Source: Octopus vulgaris (Eukaryota). From it: a DNA stretch of 64,000 nt. The stretch is taken from contig OX597831.1 of NCBI GenBank assembly GCA_951406725.2, positions 4,774,001-4,838,000 on the forward strand. Reading direction: 5' to 3'. The position numbers and the translations under genes were made by a program. The notes below the pieces were generated by a model that did no database searches, was not told the DNA's origin, and saw only the letters and a list, made by a program, of their open reading frames with translations. Below, piece after piece: positions 14,171 to 27,614 of this stretch (within the stretch, counting starts at the first letter, position 1; each line of letters opens with the position of its first letter).

Positions 14171-14909
14171 CATTTATGTTTGTATGTATATAAGTTTTAT
14201 AATGAATCTCCGTCGCTCTCCAGGACGAGTATTCAGCTATTCAATCAACTGAACCACCTGTTTATTGAATTAGTTTTAGAGGGCTGAGTATACCGTAAAA
14301 TCCATATCACCAGCTTCCGCACGCCAGCTTCCGTTGACCCAGCTTCCCCTTTAACGCTTTGGTCGACCCAAGGTAATAATATGAGGCATATACTTAAAAT
14401 GAACCGAGCTGGGATCACCTCTGGAACCTCATGATTGTAAAGAGAGCCCCCTAGCATTCCGTGTGGGTATGTATGTGTGTGTGTATATATGTATATATAA
14501 GCAATCCTGTCACAACCTGGGACCTTGAAGACTGCTTTAATGCAAGAAAGTATACTAGTCCCTTAATATTTGATATTCAATATTTCATCTATTCAATAAG
14601 AAAATCAATGCTTCATTTCATTTTACTATACATACTATATATACTATATCCTACATTAATATCATAAAAATATAAATATAACATAAAAAACAGACAGAAT
14701 TGGAATTCCTTTGAATAATGTATATATATATATACATACACACACATACACACGTATGTGTGTGTGTGTATACATATATACACTTCCAGATATCTGTCTA
14801 TAAATCAGTTTTTCTGTATGCGTGGCTCTTTTCCTTTATACATACACAAACACACACACATATATATGTATGCATATGTATGTATGTAAGTATGTGTAAA
14901 TATATATAC

Positions 14910-14966
<57 letters not shown>

Positions 14967-16260
14967 TATACATACATATATATAAATTTATATACATACA
15001 TACATATATATATGTATGTATATACATACGTGTGTGTATCTATATATACATATGTATGTATGTATGTATGTATATGTTAGTATACATATAGATATATGCA
15101 GTACAGACAGACACAGACGCAGACACAGACACAGGCAAGCAGAGACTCAGGTATGTTGATAGCCTATTGAAATGCACGGGTCACGTGGGCCAATGGCTGT
15201 GTTTATACATTACCCTAATTAATACCTCGTAAACATTTTTCACGCTCATACACCCACTCTTCCCCCTCTCTCTCTAGTTCTCCCTTTAGTTCGCTTGAAC
15301 ACACATACACACACATACACACACTCACACACTCACACATACAGAGGCTCTTGCTACATCTATCTCTGTCTTACCATCTCTCTCTCTCTTCCTCAGACTG
15401 TATTATCCTGTGCTTCTCTCATTTATTTGGAGTCATACCACTCACTGTCTCTGATAAATCTACATCGGTTGTCGTCTTCCCTAACGCATCACATTTATGT
15501 ACACCCTGTCTGTCTGTCTGCCAACAACTGCCATCTACCAAAATAATAAGGAAAAAAAAAATGCACACTACCACAAACCACAACCACTCTCATTTCGTTC
15601 ACCATTCGAAGGGAAAACAAACCTGTGTGTGTGTGTGTGTTTGTGTGTGTGTGTAAAGAGAGATACAGAGAAAGAGAGAGATAAGAGTGGGAGAGACATA
15701 GATGAGAGATAAGAAGTAGACAGAGAGATAGACAAGAATGAGGGATGGATAGATAGATAGAGATAGGGAAAGATAGATAAAAACAAGAAAGAGAGAAAGA
15801 GAGACATACACACACATATAAATACGTGTGTACTTAAGCACACACATAAATACAAAGAGAGAGAGAAAGAAAGAGAGAGAGAGAGTATGTAGAAATATAT
15901 TTATGTGTGTATGTATAAGGTAGAACTATGTGTGTGTGTGTATATATGCACACACATATATATGTTTATACACACACATATATGTATGTATATGATAGGT
16001 AGATAAAGGTATTGTATATAAATATGTAGCTACATGTATATATGTATATTTGTGAAGGCATATATATACATACATACAAACACAAATACATACACATATA
16101 CACATATATACATGTATATATATACATACAAACAGAAGTACATACACATATATACATGTAGCTACACATTTATATATATATATATACACACACATATAAA
16201 TGTATGTATGTATACACATACATAAATATATATGTATACATATATATGTATACATACCTT

Positions 16261-16311
<51 letters not shown>

Positions 16312-16735
16312 ATGTATGTATGCATGCGTGTATATATGTACGTAAGCATATATATATGTATGTAAGCACGTCAATACACTTACGCAGACATTAGTGACCT
16401 CAGCCTGTTTCCTTGCAACAACAGTGGTCGTTGTTGGTCAATTAAAAAACCTTCAAGACACGGTAAATTAACAACTCCTCACTCCCACTGCCCCTCCCTG
16501 CCTTCTCACTCCCCCTTTGCCCTTGCCTGTTTTCAAACGCTTTTCCCCTCTCACTCTCAATGAACCGCACGACCCCCGGGGTACGACCCGTACCCTAAAC
16601 CGGCTAATTTGCTGTGTATCGCAGCCTTCATCTCACTATTTGACACGCATCGCAGACATCTCGCACTGAATAATGTTTCGCATTGTTGGGTCTTCAGAAC
16701 TTGTTCGGATGTACTCCTGCCTTCTTTTCACACAC

Positions 16736-16782
<47 letters not shown>

Positions 16783-17016
16783 CACACATAAATGTATGTG
16801 TACGTATATATATATTAATATATATATGCAAAAGCGTATGTATATATGGATATATACATACTTAAAGTATGTATATAAAGTATGTATAATAGAAGTATGT
16901 GTGTATGTGTGCGCGTGTGTGTGTGTGTGTTTGCGTGTGTGTAGGAGTTGAATGTAGACAATAATGGCAAAAAGTTCAAAAACTACTCTCGAGTTGTTCT
17001 CCATACTGTCTATACA

Positions 17017-17074
<58 letters not shown>

Positions 17075-17089
17075 TGTATTTATATATAT

Positions 17090-17825
17090 TCATTTTCTTT
17101 TTGGTTCAGCTCAGAGCTGCGGCCATGCTGATGCACCGCCGTTTTGTGCTACTCTGTTATTACTAAGAGCCTCCTCTAATATGTGACACTTGGTGAAGAA
17201 TGGAGTTTAATATAGCTACCCTCGTTTGCACCTCTTGCCGTGAGGTAGGGTCATCTGGGACTCTCGACAGGAAGATGTCCAGCTTTGATTTAAAAACCGC
17301 TACATCTACTTTGTGCAAGTTCCTCAGACTCTTTGGGTGAATATTAAAAAGCTGTGGGCCCTTGAAACCCAGGCTGTTGCAGTAGCTGGTCCTGAAGCGT
17401 GATGACATTGCTGGGATCTTTGGCACTATGCAGTGTCGTCCCGTTCTAGCATTGGTGTAGCTTACAATGCCAAAATTTGGCACAATTCCTTCCAGGATCT
17501 TCCAGATATATATTACTGCATACCTCTCCTGTCTTCTCTCCAGGGAGTAGAGTCTTTGCTGTTTCAACCTTTCCCAGTAGCTGAGCTGTTGCAAAGAGAC
17601 GATCTTCTTTGTGAATCTTCTCTGGATTGCTTCAAGGTCCGCTGTTAATTTTACACTGGTGGGTGACCATAGCTGTGAGCAGTAATCCAGACGGCTGAGG
17701 ACGAATGTCCGCCAGAGGACCATCATGGTTTCCTTATCTTTGGTTCTAAATGTTCTTAGTATCCATCCAGCCAGTCGTCTGCACTTTGTCGCCATCTTGG
17801 TAATGTGCACTTGGAAAGAGGTATC

Positions 17826-17826
<1 letters not shown>
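17090..17826 (-). mobile_element. CR1-group LINE, 5'-truncated (C-terminal RT region plus 3' UTR)
   Basis: AGWILRTF..LWRTFVLSRLDYCSQLWSP..LEAIQRRFTKKI..LSYWERLK..LYSLERR, stop at 17163, then tail GGCGGTGCATCAGCATGGCCGCAGCTCTGAGCTGAA. Confidence 0.9.
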
Positions 17827-17878
<52 letters not shown>

Positions 17879-18377
17879 TATATAGGCATGTGTAAAACTT
17901 ATATATCGACATACTTCTGTGTCAGAGTTACATATTATTCCCAAGACGATAGGAATCTTTACTGTATATATGACTGGTACTTATCAACTCGGTAAATTTT
18001 GAAAACTGAAATCGATGATGAAGGAATTCGAACTAGAAACAAAAGATTCCTAACTAAACTCTTTAACAACCCTGTCTCAACACACACTGACGCCCGACCG
18101 CCACCCCCACCATCACTACTGCAGCATCCTCCCCCCACTCGACAAGTTTATAATTATTTAACAACAACCATGTGACGGCTATCAATTTGTTACACCATTA
18201 AATTTGCATTTTTTAAAATTTATAATATATATATAAACACACATATATGCATACATATATATCCACATATACACACACATATATATATATACATATATGT
18301 ATATATGTGTGTGTGTGTATTTATATACATATATATATGAATATATATACACATATATGTGTTTGTGTGTGTGTGTG

Positions 18378-18416
<39 letters not shown>

Positions 18417-18634
18417 GGACAGACACATATACATATTCTTGACTAACGGGTGTTTAAATCTGCAAACAAATTCCTCATTCATTATCTTTTATATTAATTT
18501 TGAATATATTTGATTTTAATTTTTATATTTTGTTTCATAATCACAAATTTGAAAAATTACAATTTTTTTAATGAAAATTTCTAAAGAAAAAAAAGTATCT
18601 TGGCTAATTTTATGAAAGATACAACAAATAACCG

Positions 18635-18683
18635 AAGAAGTCTGATGAATATGTATTTCATGTGAAATTTTCGGTCCTCCTTA
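18635..18683 (+). ncRNA. degenerate hammerhead-like motif
   Basis: CTGATGA-ATATG-TATTT-CATGT-GAA-ATTTTCGGT-C; stem II good, stems I and III weak. Confidence 0.4.
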
Positions 18684-18873
18684 GCAGATGAGTGACGTTT
18701 TAATCGTTATAACAAGAGTATTTATTATTATTTCATGTTGTATAATGTTTCCGAGAGTATATTTGAAACGTGAACTAAATGGACGCCTCGTAACTGTTGA
18801 TGAGAGTGTTGTAGAGTTGGAAAGCTTAGGAAGCCATATTTTATACATACTTTAAACACACCATGGTATATTC

Positions 18874-19251
18874 AGGCGTGGCTTTGTGGTAAGAAGCTAG
18901 CTTCTCAACTTCCTGATTTTGAGCTCAGTGCCAGTAGTAGGACCTTTGGTAAGAGTTTTATATTATAGCCTAGGGCCGACCAAAGCCTTATAATTGGATT
19001 TCGTACGTAGAAACTAAAAGAAGCCCGTCGTACACACACACACACACACACTTATATATATATATATATATATAGCAATATAATATTTAAGCAGATATGT
19101 CTATTTGATGAAGCATCATTACACATTTGAACGGATTTGATTATTCCTGGAAAAAGTTTGATTTATTAATGAAGCGAAAACAGTTGTTTGAGTCGTTTGT
19201 TTGTATAAAATATTTAAACTGAATTCAATTTAATTTTATAATTTTTCATTT

Positions 19252-19293
<42 letters not shown>

Positions 19294-19400
19294 CTTTTTG
19301 TATAAGTTTTTACCGAATATGGTCCTTTTCCATACCGAAAAACTACCAGGGGAAATTTGATTTTATTAAGTTAATTATCTTTCACCCTATATCTGTAATG

Positions 19401-19435
<35 letters not shown>

Positions 19436-19564
19436 GTGTGTATATGTGTGTGTGGGTATGTATATATGTAGGTATGTATGTATATATGTATGTATGCATG
19501 TATGTAATGTATGTGAGTGTATGTGTGTGTCTCTCTCTCTATATATATATATGTGTGTGTGTAT

Positions 19565-19620
<56 letters not shown>

Positions 19621-19812
19621 CTGTTTGTATCTTTGTATCTGGTTTTGTGCCTCGTTACCGCTTGACAATCGGTGTTATTGTGTTTATGCCACACAGTCTC
19701 ACTTAACGCGGTTCGGCTTAAAAAAAAAATTCCGGGGTCGATTCATTAGAAATTCTTCAAGGTGGTGTCCCAGCATGGTTGCAGTCTAATGACTGAAACA
19801 AGTGAAGTCAAA
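18874..19812 (+). mobile_element. SINE family A with expanded internal microsatellite holding a nested insertion (19075-19397)
   Basis: 5' half at 18874-19032 and 3' half at 19620-19812 are colinear with 43970-44409. Confidence 0.75.
19075..19397 (+). mobile_element. Penelope-like terminal-repeat fragment, degenerate long-stem-II hammerhead at 19101-19192
   Basis: TTGATGA-A-GCATCATTA..TAATGAAGC-GAAA-ACAG-TTGT-T; downstream CATACCGAAA..TACC is shared with the minus strand of 22231-22310. Confidence 0.5.
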
Positions 19813-19834
19813 GAACACCCTCCCGCTTTCAGAA

Positions 19835-21210
19835 TGTGTAAATAGTTTAAACGTACCTTCCTGTTTAATCGAAACTCAGTAATGACTCTAAACAGTTGGA
19901 ATTGTATAATCTACTTTAAACATTCCTTGAGGGTGTAAACTGTGTACTTCACTGAAATGCACACTCGTATGTTGAAACTGTATAACGATTTAAGCAGCCT
20001 CGCTTGTATTTAAATGGTTTAATTGGAAAACTTTGGAAAGCTTGTCGTATGTTCAGCTTAAAGATATCCTCCTCTGTTCCGAGTGTGTAACTTAAATATA
20101 ATTTCCTGTTTATTTAAAACACCCTCGTGTCTTTAAATAATATAACATAATTGTGTTTAAACCTTGTAACATCATTTAAACACCCATTCATACTTTGAAA
20201 TTGTATAACACACATTAATGTGCTTAAATCCCATAACATAATATAAACACTCACTCGTATGTTTAAACTGTATAACATGATTTAAATATACCCGTATGTT
20301 TAAAGCGTAAAACATAATTTGAACACCCTGGTATTTAAAGCGTATAAACATAGTTTGAATACCCTGGTATTTTTAAAGCGTATAAACATGATCTAAGCAC
20401 CCTGATATGTTTAGACCGTATAACACGATTTAAATACCCTGGTAGTTTTGAAGCGTATAACATGATTTAAATACCCTGGTAGTTTTGAAGCGTATAACAT
20501 GATTGAAACACCCTGATATGTTTAAACCGTATAACATGATTTAAACACCCTGGTATTTTTAAAGCGTATAACATGATTTAAATACCCTGGTAGTTTTGAA
20601 GCGTATAACATGATTGAAACACCCTGATATGTTTAAACCGTATAACATGATTTAAACACCCTGGTAGTTTTAAAGTGTATAACATGATTTAAATACCCTG
20701 GTAGTTTTGAAGCGTATAACATGATTGAAACACCCTGATATGTTTAAACCGTATAACATGATTTAAATACCCTGGTAGTTTTGAAGCGTATAACATGATT
20801 TAAACACTCTCATATATTTAAACCGTATAACATGATTTAAACACCCTGGTATTTTTAAACCGTATAACATGATTTAAACACCCACGCATGTTTAAATCGT
20901 ATAGCATAATTTAAATACCATGGTATTCTTAAATTGTATAACATGATTTAAATACCCTCGTATGCTTAAACTGTGTAAGAGAATTTAAGCGTACACCCGT
21001 AAGTTGAAAATGTATTACATCGTTTATACACTCCACCCCCTGTGTTTAAACTAGCCAAATTTAGACATACTCGCGTGTTTACACTATGAATACCATTTAA
21101 ACACACTCATGTGTTTATACTGCGCAACAGAGTTTAAACACCCCATCCCGTGTGTTGAAATTGCATAACATAGTTTAAACACACCCTCGTGTGTTTATAT
21201 CGTTTAACCA
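19835..21210. repeat. 37-bp tandem minisatellite with 111-bp higher-order repeat in its core
   Basis: unit ~CATGATTTAAAYACCCTGRTA(G/T)(T/G)TTTRAASCGTATAA; homogeneous at 20380-20870, degenerate at the edges. Confidence 0.92.
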
Positions 21211-21459
21211 CTCAAACTCGCCTGAGTCTTGCTCAGGATTCCTTCCCTAATGCTTTTAAGAATTAATATTGAGTACAAAGTTCGTTGCGTGGATTGAAAT
21301 GCAAGCGAGTTGGTCGAGAGTTCGATTGTCAAGCGGTCGTAGCAGTCAAACACTGACGCAAACACACACGCAAATACACACACACACACACCACAAGCAC
21401 GCACACACACAGAGACACGCACACACACAAAAACACACACACACACACACGATGTGTGT

Positions 21460-21665
21460 ATGTCTTTGCGTCTGTATTTATTCCCCATCAACTGTTTACG
21501 TCTTGTAACTTAGTGGTTTGGCAAAAGTAAACGATAGAATAAATACCAGGCTTTAAAAAAAAACGAAACAGGATACGTTTAGGGGTCGATTCGCCCGGCT
21601 AACATTCTTCAAGTTGGTGCCCCAGCATGGCCGCAGTCTAATGACTGAAACAAGTGAAAGATAAC
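21460..21665 (+). mobile_element. SINE family A 3' half
   Basis: GTAACTTAGTGGTTTGGCAAAA..GGTGCCCCAGCATGGCCGCAGTCTAATGACTGAAACAAG. Confidence 0.8.
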
Positions 21666-22195
21666 AAAAACATGACGAATGTTACTAGTCCAAATTGAAC
21701 CCCTCCAGCACCAAATAATGTCTCGATCTAACAGCTGTTCAGTAAATGACGAGTTCTTCATATCATCTCCTTAGCGGTTTTGCAATATTCTTTCTTCCGT
21801 CATTGGGTATGATGTTCAGTTTTTCCAATAGTTGACTATCATTTTGGTGTATTCTTCCCTAATATTCAGATTTCGTTTTTTCCAAATACGAAGGTGATAC
21901 CTTTTCGACAGGGAGGGTGATCTGGTCCAAATGCTTCAAGATTTAAATGGTTTCAGGAATACACTCGTTACAGAAATGAAAAATCTAACATTTTCCGAAG
22001 TAATGTCTCGAGTACTAGGATTCAGGGAGCTAGTTACCTGATTGTTCAGGCATATGATGATTTTTATTATCATTGGTTATTAAGTACTCCTTTAATTACT
22101 CCCTTCATTTCACTATAGAAGGCGGTAAGCACCCTTTCATAATGAACTCCCAGATGTGCTTCGTCAAACATGTATACATATGCAGAAGGTTCAAA

Positions 22196-22230
<35 letters not shown>

Positions 22231-22234
<4 letters not shown>

Positions 22235-22618
22235 CAATAAAAATGGTAAATAATTTTCCTGTGGTTTATCATGTAACCAACAATTATTTACCGGTAAATT
22301 TCGGTATGTAAATACGACAAATTAATTGTCAAGACCTTTGTAAGGTTCAGTATATAGTAAAGAAAAAAAAGAAGGTTAACAGCAGGCTGTTTCACCTCAT
22401 ACCGAAGGAATTAGAAATGGCAGTCAAAGACCGTTTTTCCAATTTCTATAAGTGGAGAATCCAAAAACGAAGGCCCTTACGGCTCATGTGTATGTGAGCC
22501 GTAAGGGCCTTCGTTTTTGGATTCTCCACTTATAGAAATTGGAAAAACGGTCTTTGACTGCCATTTCTAATTCCTTCGGTATGAGGTGAAACAGCCTGCT
22601 GTTAACCTTCTTATTTTC

Positions 22619-22625
<7 letters not shown>
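22231..22625. mobile_element. Penelope-like element end with a perfect 118-bp fold-back (arms 22369-22486 and 22495-22612)
   Basis: arms are exact reverse complements by eye, with an 8-nt loop; they contain the hammerhead 3' half GAA-ACAGC-CT-GCTGT-T; both flanks are (TA)n. Confidence 0.8.
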
Positions 22626-22707
<82 letters not shown>

Positions 22708-23392
22708 CATATATATATAGTCATATGTCATATGTGAGTATGTAAGTAAATGTATGTCTGTGTAAATATGTGTATGCGCGTGTATATGTGCATGTGTATA
22801 TATGTGCACGTATGCGTATGTGTGTATATGCATCTATATATGTCAGTGTATATGTATCGTTGGCAAAAGCGAGGATTGGACAGCGACTATGGTTAGATTT
22901 TTTGAAATAAAGTACTCTCATATGTGTACTCATTGTGTAAGCAAGTCTTTTGTCCGTTTCAAAAGTGACTGGATATGTGTGTATATGTATGTATGCATGT
23001 ATGTATGTGTGTGTATTCATACACATGTATATGTATTTGTTTATGTTGCATAGATATATGCCGAGATATGATTGTGTGTGCATACATATTAATATACATA
23101 TACGTGCCTACATACATACATACGTGCATGCACACGCACATACACCTATACAAAGACACTCACATATGTGTGTATATAAATATATATTTATATATACACA
23201 CTCTTACTCGATATGTGGAGATAAAGAGAAGTAGATAAAACAGCAAAATATATTCAATGAAAAGAAATCAGGAAAGTGATGTGTGTGTATATATACATAT
23301 ACATATATATACATATACATACATAAACATATACATACATATACATATACATACATATATATATACATATATACACATATACATATATACAC

Positions 23393-23445
<53 letters not shown>

Positions 23446-23467
23446 TATATATACATATGTATATACA

Positions 23468-23509
<42 letters not shown>

Positions 23510-23693
23510 AAATGAGGAGAAGAGAGGAGGAAGGAATGGAATAAGCAAAAATGGAAAGAAAACATGGCGGGCTTGGGTCACAGACAAATGACGAGTAGCA
23601 AGGTGTAAGGAAGAGACAGATACACGCAAGATAAACAAACAACGTTCGACGCGTGTATACGCACATGCACATGGTATATATACATACATATAC

Positions 23694-23771
<78 letters not shown>

Positions 23772-24124
23772 GTATATATACACATATATATTTATTTATA
23801 TATATATCGGCATGCATTTATATGGATGTATAAAGTTTGTGTGTGTGTGTGCCAGTATATGTGTATATATTGAAATAGAGGCTAGTCTCTTGGTGAAATG
23901 TAAAGTTGCCCTTTACAAATCATGTGATAATAAACAGTATAATGATACTATGGATACAAAGTAAATAGATAAGGGGGCTGCTGCCCGTGTAGTGATAGGG
24001 GCCTGGCATAAATATAATAAATATACTTTTATATTATATACACGTACTAGCTCCCCCTTCTCCCCTCTCTCTCTCTTTACACACACACAGACATATATAT
24101 ATACATACATACATACATACATAC

Positions 24125-24167
<43 letters not shown>

Positions 24168-24280
24168 CATGCATATATATTAATACATACAAACATATAT
24201 ATATATATATATACAGATATATGCATGTGTATCTATGTATATACATACCTATATATGTATGTATATATGCATACAGAAAC

Positions 24281-24315
<35 letters not shown>

Positions 24316-24349
24316 TGTATGTATGCATACACACACAAATACATACAGC

Positions 24350-24461
24350 ATATAAGTGCAAAACAAGGCGGTAAAATATTGTACTACAATACCAAAAGGA
24401 GAGTAAAATGCTTATTATTAAAGTCGAAATCTGTTACTCGGAGTTTCACGTTACTGTTCTC

Positions 24462-24462
<1 letters not shown>
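24350..24462 (-). mobile_element. Penelope-like 3' fragment truncated within the hammerhead
   Basis: minus ..ACAGTAACGT-GAA-ACTC-C-GAGT-A-acag; downstream matches the 38655-38760 family. Confidence 0.6.
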
Positions 24463-24528
<66 letters not shown>

Positions 24529-24662
24529 GAAATGAGGTACTCAGAAAATCGGATGGTTTATATTTACAGATATTTATTTGTATATTATATTTTTTATATA
24601 TCATATAACTTAGATCATATATTAGCGCTTTCTCCCATTCTAGTTGGGTTTTCAAATGCATG

Positions 24663-24733
<71 letters not shown>

Positions 24734-24734
24734 G

Positions 24735-24794
<60 letters not shown>

Positions 24795-24858
24795 ATTTTT
24801 TTTCAAAATGAAATAAAAACCAAGGGTGTGAAGATTTTAGAACATTTATGAGTAGAAG

Positions 24859-24910
24859 GTCTAACAGCTGTTTCCAGGATATTTATTTATTATATCCCTT
24901 CTTCGGAGAC
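24859..24910 (-). ncRNA. type I hammerhead ribozyme, U4C core variant
   Basis: GTCT-CCGAAGA-ag-GGATAT-aataaataa-ATATCC-tg-GAA-ACAG-CTGT-T-AGAC; stems I and II pair, stem III is palindromic. Confidence 0.7.
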
Positions 24911-25297
24911 GGTGTGAGAATATGGTTAAGCAAAATTTCTATATATATATATAATATAATGTAATGAGGGTGTGGTGAGAAAGAGCAATCTCAATATCCA
25001 GTGGATTTTTTCTGAAGCCAGTGTCTGGATCCTGTGCGATTGTGGACAATTTGTTTCCATGGCGGAATTTATTTGGGATGACAAGGAAAGAAAGAAAAGA
25101 AAGAAAGAAGGAATAATATGGTTGTACGAAAAAACAATGATAGAACCATCATTGATTCTATATTGGCATTCATAAGTATTATATGACTGTTATTTAGAGC
25201 ACGGATTCTCAACCGGGGTCCATACGACCATTGGGGCTCAAATAACATTGTCCTGTTAATGTTTGGATGAAAAAAATAGACTATACTTCTAATATTC

Positions 25298-25490
25298 ATT
25301 TATTCTTTTACTTGTTTTAGTCATTTGAGTGCTGCCATGCTGGAGCACCGCCTTTTGTCGAACAAACTAAGCTCAGGACTTATTCTTCGTAAGCCTCTAA
25401 CTTATTCTATCGGTCTCTTTTCCCAACCCGCTAAGTTACAGGGACGTAAACACACCAGCATCAGTTGTGTAGTGATGGCGGAGGGACAAT
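25298..25490 (-). mobile_element. SINE family A 3' half
   Basis: CCATGCTGGAGCACCGCC..ACCCGCTAAGTTACAGGGACGTAAACACACCAGCATC. Confidence 0.8.
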
Positions 25491-26084
25491 GTGGTGCATA
25501 AATTGTTAAGTAAATGAGAGGCATCTTTGCCTCCACTGATTCAGTTGCAAAGTGTTGAGTAAAGTTATTTGATTGCAGACCTCCTTTCAGTCTTTTTATT
25601 ATCACTCGGTCACACATAGTCCCTAGATGGTAACATTGATTACAAGGCCTTCCCAGATGAGTGACTGGTTATTCAATGACATTTATAGATTTTAAATTCA
25701 TTCTGTCCAGTTACGTATCAGTATAGTGGTCATTTGCAAACTCCAGAGGTGACACTTTATTTCTCCTAAGCCCTCACGTCACACAGTTGTTAATGTTGAT
25801 TTCATTTGGGTCACGCCCTTCCAATTGCTATAGATTCGTAATGCATCTTACGGCTGTGCCAGTCACCAGGATGATGAGGAATCCTACATTGGGAGTGGTA
25901 ACGACTAGGGTAGGGTAACTGACTACTTATTGTGATCATTCATCTTTTGGTTTCCATGAGGCACGACTACATTTTTTTTAGGGTGTGTAGTAAAGAGGGA
26001 AATAACCCTCATCTGCAATTTTGATGAAATTCGAAACATAGATATTCCACTTCATTCAGAAAATATAACAGAAAAGTCTAATTC

Positions 26085-26123
26085 TTCAATTAAATGTAAC
26101 GGCAACGCCAGGTATCTCTGCTA

Positions 26124-26124
<1 letters not shown>
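26085..26124 (+). mobile_element. Helitron 3' end
   Basis: ACGGCAACGCCAGGTATCTCTG-CTAG|T resembles the 42680-42706 terminus. Confidence 0.5.
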
Positions 26125-26169
<45 letters not shown>

Positions 26170-26170
<1 letters not shown>

Positions 26171-26291
26171 TCTTTTCTCTTTTACTCTTTTACTTGTTTC
26201 AGGTAACTGCGGCCATGCTGGAGCACCGCCTATCTCTTATTCTTTGTAAGCTATTCTATCGGTCTCTTTTTGCCGAACCGCTAAGTGACGG

Positions 26292-26347
<56 letters not shown>

Positions 26348-26527
26348 GACGGGCTTCTTCTATATATACGACGGGCTTCTTTCAATGTCTACCAAATCCA
26401 CTCACAAAGCTTTGGTCAGCCCGAGGCTATAGTAGGAGACACTTGCTCCAGGTACCACGCAGTAGGAATGAACCTGGAACCATGTGGTTGGTAAGCAAGC
26501 TTCTTACCACACAGCCACTCCTGCGCC
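26170..26527 (-). mobile_element. SINE family A
   Basis: tail through head ..CTTACCACACAGCCACTCCTGCGCC. Confidence 0.9.
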
Positions 26528-27429
26528 TAAAAGAATACTTTTATTTTATTCTCCATCTGAGACCGAAACAGCAAATGCTTGTCAAATGTTCCACTCACCA
26601 AATTGAGGACTACGATTTTTAGTTAATTCCTCTCAGTCGTTCTCACCAATTTTTTTTTACCTGTGGACCTCTTTGATCCTTGTTTTACTCGGATGGACCT
26701 TCATACCCATTCGAAGTTTAAAAAATCCCATTATATTTTTATAATTAAATATTATGAGGAACTGTACAAAAAAAATTATTAAAATGTTTTGTGTACTCTT
26801 GAAGCCTAATCGATTTATTGGAGATAAATTCTAACAAAATCTTATATGGAGCCCCAAAGGGCCGCATGACTCCGTTTGAGTAGCAGTGGTTTTGATGAAA
26901 TGGGGTATGATTCTAAGTGAGACATTACAGGAAGCAACTTGCTTATCTGTTCTAAGTCAAACATTATTGGGGAGAAAAGGAAAACTCCATATTGTCTAAA
27001 ATGTAATATGTTGAGCTGGGTTCGATCCCACAGTGAGTATGCAATTGTTTTTTGTTTTTTTTTTTTGTAATCTTACAAAGTTATGAATCTTCAATACTTA
27101 CTAGTCTGTATACAGGAATATATATGTGTGTACGCTTCTTTATAATTATCCATATAGAGGAGAGCGATCGGTGGATTTGATATACAGAATATTCTGATAT
27201 ATGTATGCCTTTAGCCGTGCATATTTTTACGTGTAGGTTATTGTTTGAGTCGTATCCTATTACGTATCGGAGACCGGTAGAAGAAAGTTAATTGGTCAAG
27301 CTCGATGGATTTACTCAAATCAATCTCATCACTAAATTGTCATAGCATTCGGGGGCGGGGTCAATAGGGGAAAATTACGTGTCCGCTCAGAGCTAGATGA
27401 TGAAGGTTCTTGCTGGACAGCCGCTCCAT

Positions 27430-27465
<36 letters not shown>

Positions 27466-27614
27466 ATGTCAAGTTGTCCAAAGGTCTGTATGTCTAATAA
27501 GTTATTCTTTAGCTATCAAGCAATTCCCGCAAAACACATACGTCTCCCTACGCCTTCTCTCTCTCACTTCTCTCTCTTCTCTCGCTCTGCACTCCCCCTC
27601 TCTCTCTCTCTAAT

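Larger units (their letters stand above)
25200..26888. mobile_element. old hAT/Charlie-like MITE with nested insertions
   Basis: CACGGATTCTCAACCGGGGTCCATACGACCATTGGGGCTC versus the reverse complement of the right end, CACTGCTACTCAAACGGAGTCATGCGGCCCTTTGGGGCTC. Confidence 0.45.

Noticed and set aside
19835-21210. CRISPR-like array (37-bp palindromic units)
   Set aside because: Units are directly tandem with no unique spacers, there are no cas genes, and the context is eukaryotic.
21720-22200. GIY-YIG remnant plus hammerhead near 21730
   Set aside because: Only a partial ACAGCTGT stem and a few similar residues; too degenerate to support.
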